The position numbers and the translations under genes are program-made. Positions 1 through 8,650 of a stretch of 64,000 nt of DNA are shown piece after piece. This stretch comes from a virus (taxonomy: Duplodnaviria > Caudoviricetes): positions 32,001 to 96,000 of the IMG/VR virus record IMGVR_UViG_3300042013_000067. One strand, given 5' to 3'. Each line of letters begins with the position of its first letter. The first letter of the stretch is position 1. The notes below the pieces were generated by a model. The model made no database searches. It saw nothing but the letters and a program-made list of their open reading frames with translations, and was not told the DNA's origin.

Positions 1-98
1 GTCTGGCTGAACCAATGCGTGTGGCGATTAAAACACTGGTCGCCAGCATCCCAGCAGATGTCGAGTCTGTCGCATTCAACGTTTACAAAGCGTCGTAA
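1..98 (+). CDS. 3' end of a hypothetical protein (partial, runs off the window)
   Basis: Frame starting at nt 3 is open (LAEPMRVAIKTLVASIPADVESVAFNVYKAS) to TAA at 96-98, which overlaps the AAGGAGG SD of the next gene. Confidence 0.6.
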   Translation, partial: LAEPMRVAIKTLVASIPADVESVAFNVYKAS

Positions 99-108
99 GG
101 AGGTTTGT

Positions 109-708
109 ATGTCGGGCGAAGAAGAAGGTAGCTTGGACTACAGCGCGTTGCTGCTGGGTAATTCCATGGAAACCATCTTGGAATCTACCGAGGCCGAGAT
201 CCCACGCATTCCTGAGTCTCGCTTCATTAATGAAGTGCTGCCTCTGTTGGAACGGCCGTTCTACCATTCGTCGATGGTGTTGTACACACGGTACGTCAAA
301 GAACTGACCAATGCTCTGCGGGTGCATGCTGACGGTGAGCCACAGAACATCCTGTTTGAAGTACCTCCCTTCATTCAGACTACCGGTGTAACACTGCCGG
401 TTAAAGGTGCTCCTACCACCGACACCACACTGCGCAACATCTATATTGAAGCAGACCGTGGTGTGGATGTGAACCCGATTGTGGCTTCGTTCATGTCGAA
501 GATCACCCACCGTCCGAATCTGCGTGAAACACTACTGGACCCGCTCAAGGCAATCTTGGCGCGCTACGGTCGTGTGATCGACATCTCGGATGAAAAGAAC
601 CAGATCGACACACCAGAGCTGGCAGCAGCCAAAGCCGCGGCAGCAGCGCCGGGTGTGCCTGCAACCCTTCCAGCGGGCGACAGTAGTTTCACCGGCGAGT
701 ACGAATAA
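109..708 (+). CDS. Hypothetical protein, 199 aa, at a chimallivirus core-block position upstream of sbcD
   Basis: ATG at 109 with strong SD AAGGAGG (97-103); the track start at 19 overlaps the previous gene; Ala/Pro-rich tail. Confidence 0.75.
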   Translation: MSGEEEGSLDYSALLLGNSMETILESTEAEIPRIPESRFINEVLPLLERPFYHSSMVLYTRYVKELTNALRVHADGEPQNILFEVPPFIQTTGVTLPVKGAPTTDTTLRNIYIEADRGVDVNPIVASFMSKITHRPNLRETLLDPLKAILARYGRVIDISDEKNQIDTPELAAAKAAAAAPGVPATLPAGDSSFTGEYE

Positions 709-713
709 CGCCT

Positions 714-1871
714 ATGAAAACAGCCAACTGTAAGCGACCTGGTTGGTTTCGTTGTGCGAGTTTCGGGGATGTCCATCTTGGGCATCCCAATACGTCGACG
801 GAACACATCATCCGCAACTTGGTACAGTACATCCATGAAGATCTGATTAAAGATCTGGACATGCTGATCATCGAGGGCGACCTGTTCGACAGGCTGTTAA
901 ACAGTGCAGACGACAACATCTTCCGTATCCAGCGTTGGGCCACCCAGTTGATGTGGTGGTGTGCTAAACATGGCACCATGCTGGATATTGTTGAAGGAAC
1001 TCCGTCGCATGACTGGTTCCAGTGCAAGTTCTTTGTCGAACAGAAACAGAACGCCGAGATCCCGGTCGATCTGTATTACTCTAAAGGCCTCTCGATTCGT
1101 TACATCGAGCGGTTTGATATGCACGTCCTGTATGTACCGGACCACTGCTTACCACACCCAGACGATATCCTCAAGGAAACGCGTCTGCAAATGGCTAAGC
1201 TGGGGATTACCCAGGTGGACTTCGCGGTCATGCACGGTGCATTCACCTATCAGTATCCGGTTGTGGTGGTTGAGCCCACCCACGATGAGCAAACCTATTT
1301 GGACTTGGTGCGGTATTTCATCTTCATTGGCCATGTCCATCAATCCTCTCAACATGAACGCATTCTAGCCGCCGGCTCTTTCGATCGTCTAAACCATGGC
1401 GACGAAGGTTATAAGGGCTTTTATGACGTCAGTGTGCAAGAGGATGGGACTCATCGCATCACCTTCGTTATCAACCATCACGCTAAGCGGTACGATACCC
1501 TCGACTGCCGCAATGCTGATATCAAAGACATCAACGTCAAAGTACAAAAGCATATGGAGGGGCTGCGTAAAGGCAGTAGTATCCGTTTGCGGTGCTACCA
1601 AGGCGATCCTGCGGTTGCCTATGTGGATGTACTGAAGCGGGAATACGCCGAGTTCGAATGGGTTAACCCTGTGGTCGACGATGTTAAGTCGAAGACCAAG
1701 AAGTCGGTGGTGGATGTGCTAGCGAATATCGACATGTCTACCTTCACCGCTATCAACGATCAAACCCTGCTCCCGTTACTCCGGCCAGAACTGGAGAAAC
1801 ATTCCAAGGATCCAGTGGAAATAGAACGCTGCCTCCGGCATGCGGATAACTTCTTATTAGAGGCTGCTTGA
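714..1871 (+). CDS. sbcD: SbcD/Mre11-like metallophosphoesterase nuclease
   Basis: Calcineurin-like motifs GDVHLG, GDLFD, GTPSHD, MHG, GHVH; position matches the phiKZ-like core block. Confidence 0.9.
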   Translation: MKTANCKRPGWFRCASFGDVHLGHPNTSTEHIIRNLVQYIHEDLIKDLDMLIIEGDLFDRLLNSADDNIFRIQRWATQLMWWCAKHGTMLDIVEGTPSHDWFQCKFFVEQKQNAEIPVDLYYSKGLSIRYIERFDMHVLYVPDHCLPHPDDILKETRLQMAKLGITQVDFAVMHGAFTYQYPVVVVEPTHDEQTYLDLVRYFIFIGHVHQSSQHERILAAGSFDRLNHGDEGYKGFYDVSVQEDGTHRITFVINHHAKRYDTLDCRNADIKDINVKVQKHMEGLRKGSSIRLRCYQGDPAVAYVDVLKREYAEFEWVNPVVDDVKSKTKKSVVDVLANIDMSTFTAINDQTLLPLLRPELEKHSKDPVEIERCLRHADNFLLEAA

Positions 1872-1872
1872 T

Positions 1873-2706
1873 ATGCTGGCGATCGATCGTGAGATGGGTA
1901 AAAAGCTCCCGCTCTCTATCGGGACGTCTTTTGCGTTAGAAGGCTTGTTGGGGATCCATGAGGGCAACCCCCATCAGCCTGCTGGCCACAAAGGTATCAC
2001 CACTTTGTGGATCAACATTCGGACACTGGTGCGCAATTATCGAGAGGCTGTGAAAACAGCTGACCGTGACCGCCTCCGTTACGATGAAGCCGCACTCAAC
2101 ATCCTGACAGAGATGCAGGCGATCCCTGAGATCCTGCGTCAAGCCAACCGCAAGATTGATGTGGTGTTTTATCATCAGGCGATCGAGGACATTAAACAGC
2201 AGTTCTCGAACGCCACTTTTAAAGCACCCAAGACCGACCTCCAACACGCGGCAGCGACTTATGAGACGCTGACGATTCGCTTACTGCTGGCAGAGTGTGT
2301 AAACGCTAAGCTGCCAGTACAGCAAATACGCAGACAACCCACGCCGTCACATGCTGTGGCGGCAATCATCACACACTACCCAAAGGACTTGTTCTGGAAG
2401 GGGTGTTTCGAACGTCTGTTCTTGTTGGAGTCGCACACCGGTCGGTTGAAGACATACGTCGACTGGTATACCAAACTCAACGGGATCAAATCCGATAACC
2501 CGGTTCCCCTGAACGAGTTTACTATTCAGGTGTTTGGGGATAGCTATTTGTTCGATGGTCAAGATCAGAAGATCAAGGCCGAGCTGCGAGAACTGGCCCG
2601 CGTTAGACGCTGGAACGGGACCACCAGCATGAGCAAGGTATCGACAGACATCCTGAGTAACGGGAGTGTCCTCTTGAAGGAGACGTACCGAAAACTGCTA
2701 CCGTGA
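1873..2706 (+). CDS. Conserved chimallivirus protein (phiKZ gp66-like position), possibly a degenerate PIN/5'-nuclease fold
   Basis: 277-aa ORF between sbcD and the ChmC-like gene; LWINIRTLVRN resembles the first strand-helix of 5'-nucleases without the catalytic Asp (weak inference). Confidence 0.65.
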   Translation: MLAIDREMGKKLPLSIGTSFALEGLLGIHEGNPHQPAGHKGITTLWINIRTLVRNYREAVKTADRDRLRYDEAALNILTEMQAIPEILRQANRKIDVVFYHQAIEDIKQQFSNATFKAPKTDLQHAAATYETLTIRLLLAECVNAKLPVQQIRRQPTPSHAVAAIITHYPKDLFWKGCFERLFLLESHTGRLKTYVDWYTKLNGIKSDNPVPLNEFTIQVFGDSYLFDGQDQKIKAELRELARVRRWNGTTSMSKVSTDILSNGSVLLKETYRKLLP

Positions 2707-2795
2707 ATAAATACTCCAGCACTTAATCATACGTGCACACTTACCGCCGACTACGACTGACCGTATGTCCTCTTGAAGTAAAGGAATCGATTCCA

Positions 2796-3548
2796 ATGAA
2801 CCAACCCGCTCGCCCTGCACTCGACCCGAATATCCTCGACGTAATGTCTAACTGGCTCTTCACCGATCCAGTACCGGGATCTTCGAAGCGTCCAAACTTC
2901 CGCGTCAAAGTGTTGGGCAACGTCCCACGCATCTCGGTCAAGACTAACGTCGAAAACGACAAGCAGTTCGGCAAGATCGACTTCCAAACCGATCTGGCGA
3001 CCTGGGGTACTATCATCGCACTGGCCAATGACATGGCTGAAGGCCGTGATGACAGCGACGGTTACAACTGGGATTACAAGGATGACTTCCTTGCCGGTAA
3101 GAAGCTCGATCGTGAAATGGTTCTGTCCACCCTGCAAATCGGGCGTGACCGTGAATCCGGCCGTATGTACATCTCGGTGCTGTCCAGCGACAAATCCCGT
3201 CCGCGCATCCAGTTCTGGTTCGGCCCTACCAAGTACCACGACATCCGTCACCGCGACGGTAGCCCACTGTTGCCGAAGAAGCTGTCCGAGTCGTTTGCTC
3301 GCGGCTTCCTGAAGCCAATCAGTGATCTGGTCACCCACCTGCTCATCACCACTTTCAACCCTGATGCCAAGAACGTGGCCAAGGCGATGGTTCCAGGCGG
3401 TGGCGGTGGTAATAACTACCAGCAGGGTGGCCGTGGCGGTAACAACTACGGTGGCGGCAATTCGGGCGGTGGCAACAACTACGGTGGCGGCGGTCAATCT
3501 CGCCCTCCGGCTAACGATGCCGTTGACTTCGACGACTTCGTGATGTAA
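2796..3548 (+). CDS. chmC: ChmC-like nucleus-associated RNA/ssDNA-binding protein (phiKZ gp67 position)
   Basis: Directly upstream of the gp68-like and PicA-like genes as in the conserved cluster; ~200-aa folded domain plus Gly/Asn-rich disordered tail; ATG 2796 with AAGGA SD. Confidence 0.7.
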   Translation: MNQPARPALDPNILDVMSNWLFTDPVPGSSKRPNFRVKVLGNVPRISVKTNVENDKQFGKIDFQTDLATWGTIIALANDMAEGRDDSDGYNWDYKDDFLAGKKLDREMVLSTLQIGRDRESGRMYISVLSSDKSRPRIQFWFGPTKYHDIRHRDGSPLLPKKLSESFARGFLKPISDLVTHLLITTFNPDAKNVAKAMVPGGGGGNNYQQGGRGGNNYGGGNSGGGNNYGGGGQSRPPANDAVDFDDFVM

Positions 3549-3552
3549 GCAG

Positions 3553-3587
3553 CATAAGTCCCAGGGGTGCAAACCCCTGGGCTTTAT
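3553..3587 (+). terminator. Stem-loop terminator (CATAAG-family)
   Basis: CCCAGGGGT-GCAA-ACCCCTGGG followed by CTTTAT, right after the chmC stop. Confidence 0.75.
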
Positions 3588-3618
3588 AACCTGTCGATAA
3601 ATTGGAGTTAATTTAAGA

Positions 3619-3638
3619 CATATATCATCTTCGTGCAT
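3619..3638 (+). promoter_or_regulatory. Putative early (virion RNAP) promoter, TATATCAT motif
   Basis: TATATCATcttcGTG after an AT-rich tract; similar motif at 8609 and 61383; resembles the phiKZ early consensus TATATTAC. Confidence 0.55.
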
Positions 3639-3665
3639 TAGTCCAACCATCCACAAGGAGCTATA

Positions 3666-5225
3666 ATGAAACTTGAGGTTTCGCGAGTCCAGAGCACTGG
3701 TTTCGTCGAAGTACGGGCCAGCCATAAAAATGAAGATCCACTGATCTGGGCTGCTGGTGCGTACGGCAAAGTTCGTTTGGCGGATCCGACTGCGGTCTTC
3801 AATGAAATCAATGCATATTGGGCCACGTGCCCAGAAGAGGTCCTTGACGGTATTTGGGCATGTTACGTTGGTATCCATGCGGTAACTCGCTCGGTCACCG
3901 ATAGCTTTTATGTCGCTCAGTCCATCCGGTTCTATGTGAACAAGATGTACAGCCTGATGCCGATGGAATCGTTCAAACACTGGCTGCTGATTTATGGCAA
4001 CCTGCATGTGCCGACCGAGATCCAAGACAGCATCACCGAAGGCAGTCGTTACACCGATGAAGGTCAGACCTATCTGAAGTCCGACTACATCAATCTGGCG
4101 ATCTTCAGTTTGGCTATCCGGCCAATGCTGCCGATCTGGGGCTCTTACATCGATCTGATTCAGGACAACCAAAAAGGCAAAGAGCTGGATGCCTTGGGTT
4201 TGATTCTGGATACAGAATTGGTGGACTGGCCGGCTGAGCTTACGGTTTACGACAAGCTGCAACGTTACATCGATGAACGCATCAGTGACAACAGCATCAG
4301 CATGGCGAGTACTTGGAAGGGCTTGAGTTCTTCTGAGATTCCGAAGTTGATTCTGGCGAAAGTGATCGTCCGCCGGTTGACCATTGCGGTGATGTGTGAT
4401 CCACAGGCTACCAGTATCATCTCCAGTGTGCACTGGTACATCCGCTATTGCTTGAACCCAGCTGATCGCACCACAGCTGAACGGGTAAACGATAAGAAGA
4501 TCGACTCCAAGTCTGGTGAAGACGACGATAAGACCAGCTTCATCGATGCCCACAAAATCAAACAGAAGGTTGTCATCGGTGACGCGACGACTTTCGAAGA
4601 AGACGCAATGCGGCCTGCGTTGCTGGCACAAGAAGTAGACCCGACGATTGACTTGGGTTTGCTGGAACAGTGCTTGGCGTGCATTCCGAAGGTTGAAGAC
4701 TACCCGCTTGAAGTACACCAGAAGCGGTTGGCCCAATGGGTCATGGCTAAAGCCTTCAGCGCCAAAGCGTATCCACACATCGACAAGCCGTATCTGCACA
4801 ACCTCATCGCCACTACCCAAGCGTTACTGTGGCACTGGGGCTTCATCGACATCGCGTTGATCATGCAAACCTCGCGGTATGTTGAAGAAGGCATTACCGG
4901 CACCAGCTTACCGATTGCAACCAAGAGCTGGCCACGTATCCAACCCAAGTATAAGGAAGAGTTGAATGTAGCCTTTCCCTACTTGAAGCCCATGCGTCCC
5001 CGTCCAGGCGATAGTAACCCCAACGAACGGCATACTAACTACACAATCATCGCGATCACGAACATTACGACCGAGATCCGTTCGGCCAATTGGGTTTACC
5101 ACGGGCCTAAGGCGTTGTGGAATGTCAGTGACCAGCCAAAAGGTCACAACATCATTGCAATGCCTCAGCACTTCAAGAACTTACTAACGGACATGACTTT
5201 GCATCTTGCAAAGATCAACCAGTAA
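3666..5225 (+). CDS. Non-virion RNA polymerase promoter-specificity subunit (phiKZ gp68-like)
   Basis: 519 aa (about gp68 size), synteny between chmC and picA, AAGGAG SD. Confidence 0.75.
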   Translation: MKLEVSRVQSTGFVEVRASHKNEDPLIWAAGAYGKVRLADPTAVFNEINAYWATCPEEVLDGIWACYVGIHAVTRSVTDSFYVAQSIRFYVNKMYSLMPMESFKHWLLIYGNLHVPTEIQDSITEGSRYTDEGQTYLKSDYINLAIFSLAIRPMLPIWGSYIDLIQDNQKGKELDALGLILDTELVDWPAELTVYDKLQRYIDERISDNSISMASTWKGLSSSEIPKLILAKVIVRRLTIAVMCDPQATSIISSVHWYIRYCLNPADRTTAERVNDKKIDSKSGEDDDKTSFIDAHKIKQKVVIGDATTFEEDAMRPALLAQEVDPTIDLGLLEQCLACIPKVEDYPLEVHQKRLAQWVMAKAFSAKAYPHIDKPYLHNLIATTQALLWHWGFIDIALIMQTSRYVEEGITGTSLPIATKSWPRIQPKYKEELNVAFPYLKPMRPRPGDSNPNERHTNYTIIAITNITTEIRSANWVYHGPKALWNVSDQPKGHNIIAMPQHFKNLLTDMTLHLAKINQ

Positions 5226-5239
5226 CATCGGAGAACACC

Positions 5240-6829
5240 ATGAGTTATTCATTCGGCGATAACACCCAGACCCGTGTTGAGCTGTTCATTATGGCCCAAA
5301 CCGGCTCTTACCAAGAGCAAACAATTCGCCCGTTCAAAACCAACTACTCCGATCGAGTGGTGCAACAGTTAACCGAAGCAACTCACGCCGGGCATCGCCT
5401 CGGTGTGGCAGCGGTAAACGCCATTGCTGCTGAAGTGATCCAGCCTTCGGCGAACATTGAAGGCTTCGTGGGTATTCCGGAAGGCTGGACCAGCCGCCGG
5501 TTCCGTTTCATCATGCGCGTAGTGGAAGTTCACCCGTTCATCCCGGACGAGAAGACCATCCGGATCTTCTTCGGTTACAGTGACCACAGTGATGTATCGC
5601 ACGGCGGTTTGCTGGATCCACTGACCCGGATCTACTTCAACTCCGAAACCACGATCCGTGATAAGATCGTAAATGGCATGAATGGTCCGGTGCGTCAGGC
5701 AATCGTAACAGCGGCCAACCAGATCATCACTCCAATGACGATCTTGAATGCCGGCAAGACTGGTAACATCATCAACACGCACATGATCCGTCCTGAAGAC
5801 GTGTTCAACATGCGTGAGACCGCCATCGTTTCGCACATGGCCGGTCAGAACATCGAAGGTGGCATCGACGTCACTTACGACACACGTGCGTTGTCAGGCG
5901 TGGGCAGCTTTCAGTTGTCTCGTCGCCGTGATACATCGCCGACGCGTTACGTCGCCGATACCTTGGGTTCTCTGCAACACGCGGTTCAAGAAAACCGCAT
6001 GATCCAGCAGGGTTACATCAACAATAACTCGCTCGGTCCAGTGGTGTTCTCCGAAGCCGGTGCCAAAGCATCTAACACCAGTATCGGTAGCGATCTGTTC
6101 TTGGCCAAGCTGCGTGACCACGCCGGTTATATGGAGCGTGGCTATGTGACCTTGGAAAACTTGATCGCATTGTTCCCCGAAGTGGGTAACTTCGATCAAG
6201 TCACTCGTTATGCACTGGATGATGGACGGAGTATCCGTCGCGTTACTCAAGCACATGAGTCCGAGCATTGGCAGGGCGCTGACAAGACCTCGATCGCAGC
6301 CAGCCTGATTGCTCAGGTGGTGCCAGCGATCATGATGGACAACTTCATCCGCAACATCAGCTTCTCAGTGACTAACTCGATGATCCCAGGGCAATACGCG
6401 CTGATTATCGATAAGAAGCTGACCCGCTCGATTGTTGATGAAGTCAACATGACGCAGTACATCCAAGAGTTCGAACGCCGTCTGTGTGTTGATGCACTGA
6501 ATTCTATTACCTTCGGTGGTAACATTCCGTTCAGCATTTCGGTGATGTCTGACTTGGCTGGTGATAGCATCATCAACATCAGTCTCGACAATAGGCCAAT
6601 GGCTCAATACATCGCCCCGACCTTCACAGACAGTTTGTTCTCGCCGATGGTATCGACTCAACTCGACGCGGCGAACAAAGTATCCAACGACATGATCCAG
6701 ATCGCCAGTGACGTACTGGACCTCGGTCAGTCAGGTGTCAACTTCAGTGTTGCGGCTCCAGCCCCAACAGTAATGAACCCGAATTTTGCAGGAGCTAGCA
6801 ACTATGCCGAAGACTTTGGACTTCTATAA
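5240..6829 (+). CDS. picA: Phage-nucleus protein import factor PicA/Imp1 (phiKZ gp69-like)
   Basis: 529 aa immediately downstream of the gp68-like subunit; N-terminal TGSYQEQTIRPF and WxxxRFRFIM segments resemble the family as recalled. Confidence 0.7.
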   Translation: MSYSFGDNTQTRVELFIMAQTGSYQEQTIRPFKTNYSDRVVQQLTEATHAGHRLGVAAVNAIAAEVIQPSANIEGFVGIPEGWTSRRFRFIMRVVEVHPFIPDEKTIRIFFGYSDHSDVSHGGLLDPLTRIYFNSETTIRDKIVNGMNGPVRQAIVTAANQIITPMTILNAGKTGNIINTHMIRPEDVFNMRETAIVSHMAGQNIEGGIDVTYDTRALSGVGSFQLSRRRDTSPTRYVADTLGSLQHAVQENRMIQQGYINNNSLGPVVFSEAGAKASNTSIGSDLFLAKLRDHAGYMERGYVTLENLIALFPEVGNFDQVTRYALDDGRSIRRVTQAHESEHWQGADKTSIAASLIAQVVPAIMMDNFIRNISFSVTNSMIPGQYALIIDKKLTRSIVDEVNMTQYIQEFERRLCVDALNSITFGGNIPFSISVMSDLAGDSIINISLDNRPMAQYIAPTFTDSLFSPMVSTQLDAANKVSNDMIQIASDVLDLGQSGVNFSVAAPAPTVMNPNFAGASNYAEDFGLL

Positions 6830-8177
6830 ACAGGCCCTCCCATCGATGCGTTACAGCTTCGATAAAGAAGGACTCGTCAGTTACACCACAGCCACCGGCC
6901 AGCAGATGCCAGCCGAAGTCGATGGCAAACGGATTGTGCTGCCGACCGATGCCTGGTTGAAGAAGGGCTTCGGTGATACGTTCTTGGGTTGGCACCCACT
7001 GTCTGAAACCATGGCGCGTCGTGGTACGTCGCCGATCATGCAACACATGCAACGCAATGCGCGGGCACAGCTGAGCTTCACTTACATCTACTTGGCTCAA
7101 CAACTGCTGCGTGTTGCAGCAGATCGCGAGCTGCACAAGGAACTGCCGGTCACTGATGACTGCAATGAGTTCCTCAAGAAGATGCAGTTGGCTGACGATA
7201 AGTTGGTCAAGGTGTTCGACAAGCTGATCCAAGCGGCCAGCGAGAAGAAACGCCTGATCACCCTCTACCTGAAGAACGGTGGGACGTACGAAGGCAAGAA
7301 GGTCAATCGGTTGGCGGTGATCCGCTTCCCGTTGATCGAACTGCTGGAGACCGAGGACAACAAAGTCTTGGGTGTTGAGGTCAAGCCTAAGCAGCGTCAG
7401 GTGTTGTTGACACTGCTGCGCACCATCTTGCCTAACGGTGATGACCCTGAGCAATACAGCGCAGGTTCGAACAACCGCATCGCACCGTACTTCCATGCGT
7501 TCATGCAGGCCTATCGCAAGGTGATCGTTCAACTGAACAAGATCATCACGCGTTACGGTCAGCCCATGGCACTGCCGGTCAAAGCGTTCCCGGTGTTCGA
7601 TGAAGAATACTTGGGTATGTTCGGCGATATCTACGACGAGATCCCATCGCTCGAAGGTAACGACGGCGGCGTGCAGGAAGTTGAAGAGGAGGATGAAGTA
7701 GCTCCGGTGAAGAAGACAACCCAGCGGGTCGAGGTGGCGGCACAACCAACCCAAGGCATTCAGGTAGTCCAATCACCAGCGGCACAAGGCGTGCACACCA
7801 GCACACCAATGCGTCAAGCCGCGGCACGGGTTGTAGAAGAAGACACCATCGACTTCGAAACCCTGAAGCAACACATGCTCCAACCGCAACAAGCGGCCAT
7901 GATGGGTGCAGGTTACCCTAACATGGCCGTTGGTGGTGTTGGCGTGGCCCCTCAAGGTCATGTGGTGATGCCATGGCAGCCTCAAGCTGCGGCACCACAA
8001 GCATACAACCCGTTTGCTGCTGTGGTTGCATCGCGTCAGATGGAAACAACCATGCCGCTCAGCAACCCTTATGGTAGCGGGGCGTATGGCATGGGTGTCA
8101 GTACTGGTATGGGCTCCACCATTACCCCAGGTATCGGTGGGTATCAAACAGGCATGGCAGCGCAATCCTTGCTGTAA
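6804..8177 (+). CDS. Conserved chimallivirus protein (phiKZ gp70-like) with long Q/M/G/A/P-rich disordered C-terminus
   Basis: ATG 6804 after GGAG SD, overlapping the picA end; 457 aa; last ~150 aa low complexity. Confidence 0.7.
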   Translation: MPKTLDFYKQALPSMRYSFDKEGLVSYTTATGQQMPAEVDGKRIVLPTDAWLKKGFGDTFLGWHPLSETMARRGTSPIMQHMQRNARAQLSFTYIYLAQQLLRVAADRELHKELPVTDDCNEFLKKMQLADDKLVKVFDKLIQAASEKKRLITLYLKNGGTYEGKKVNRLAVIRFPLIELLETEDNKVLGVEVKPKQRQVLLTLLRTILPNGDDPEQYSAGSNNRIAPYFHAFMQAYRKVIVQLNKIITRYGQPMALPVKAFPVFDEEYLGMFGDIYDEIPSLEGNDGGVQEVEEEDEVAPVKKTTQRVEVAAQPTQGIQVVQSPAAQGVHTSTPMRQAAARVVEEDTIDFETLKQHMLQPQQAAMMGAGYPNMAVGGVGVAPQGHVVMPWQPQAAAPQAYNPFAAVVASRQMETTMPLSNPYGSGAYGMGVSTGMGSTITPGIGGYQTGMAAQSLL

Positions 8178-8182
8178 TGCGG

Positions 8183-8227
8183 CATAAAAGCAGGGCTCTT
8201 ACGGGCCCTGCTTTTCTATTCTTTTTT
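8183..8227. terminator. Bidirectional intrinsic terminator between convergent genes
   Basis: AAAAGCAGGGCTC-TTAC-GGGCCCTGCTTTT plus T tract; CATAAAA flank. Confidence 0.8.
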
Positions 8228-8578
8228 GCCGAGGTACAGAGTACGTATGGTTTCCAGCAATCCACTGTCAGGGAACAGAAGAATCCGCCCTGCTGTGGGT
8301 GTCGCTAGCTCTATACGCTTACGCCCGAATTCATTGGGATTGTGCATCCCGTTCATCCGCATGATGATCCAGTGAATATCGTGCGACTGACCTATACTGG
8401 CCAGATAACCAAACAGGTTGCCCTCAAACTGGTACAACGAGTTGGCTTCAACCTGATGCTGTTTAGGGTTAGTAAAGCGAAGGATGTTTAAATGAGATTC
8501 GATCTGGTCACGAAAGGCCTGCACATAAAAGATCGGGTCTCCGGGATCCGCGAAGGACTCTGTTACCTTAAAGGCCAT
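8216..8578 (-). CDS. Small conserved protein, possible LysM-like / T4 gp53-like baseplate component
   Basis: 120-aa ORF; FEGNLFGYL...HWIIMRMNGMHNP resembles the LysM-type YG...YWxILxxNxIxDP pattern (inference). Confidence 0.55.
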   Translation of the reverse strand: MAFKVTESFADPGDPIFYVQAFRDQIESHLNILRFTNPKQHQVEANSLYQFEGNLFGYLASIGQSHDIHWIIMRMNGMHNPNEFGRKRIELATPTAGRILLFPDSGLLETIRTLYLGKKE

Positions 8579-8606
8579 GGGGGATATCCCTCTAAAAGAA
8601 TTTGAA

Positions 8607-8626
8607 CCTATATCATGTTCGTAGAT
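8607..8626 (+). promoter_or_regulatory. Putative early promoter upstream of nvRNAP beta subunit
   Basis: TATATCATgttcGTA at 8609, same motif as 3621 and 61383. Confidence 0.5.
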
Positions 8627-8650
8627 TCACATGACTAAGAGGCAGCAACG

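Noticed and set aside
3395-3495. Short direct repeats (GGTGGC...AACAACTAC) resembling an array
   Set aside because: They encode the GGNNY protein repeats; no constant repeat-spacer period and no cas genes
2751-4820. 689-aa antisense ORF spanning chmC, a terminator, a promoter and the gp68-like gene
   Set aside because: Crosses clear plus-strand signals and has no recognisable domain; same shadow effect
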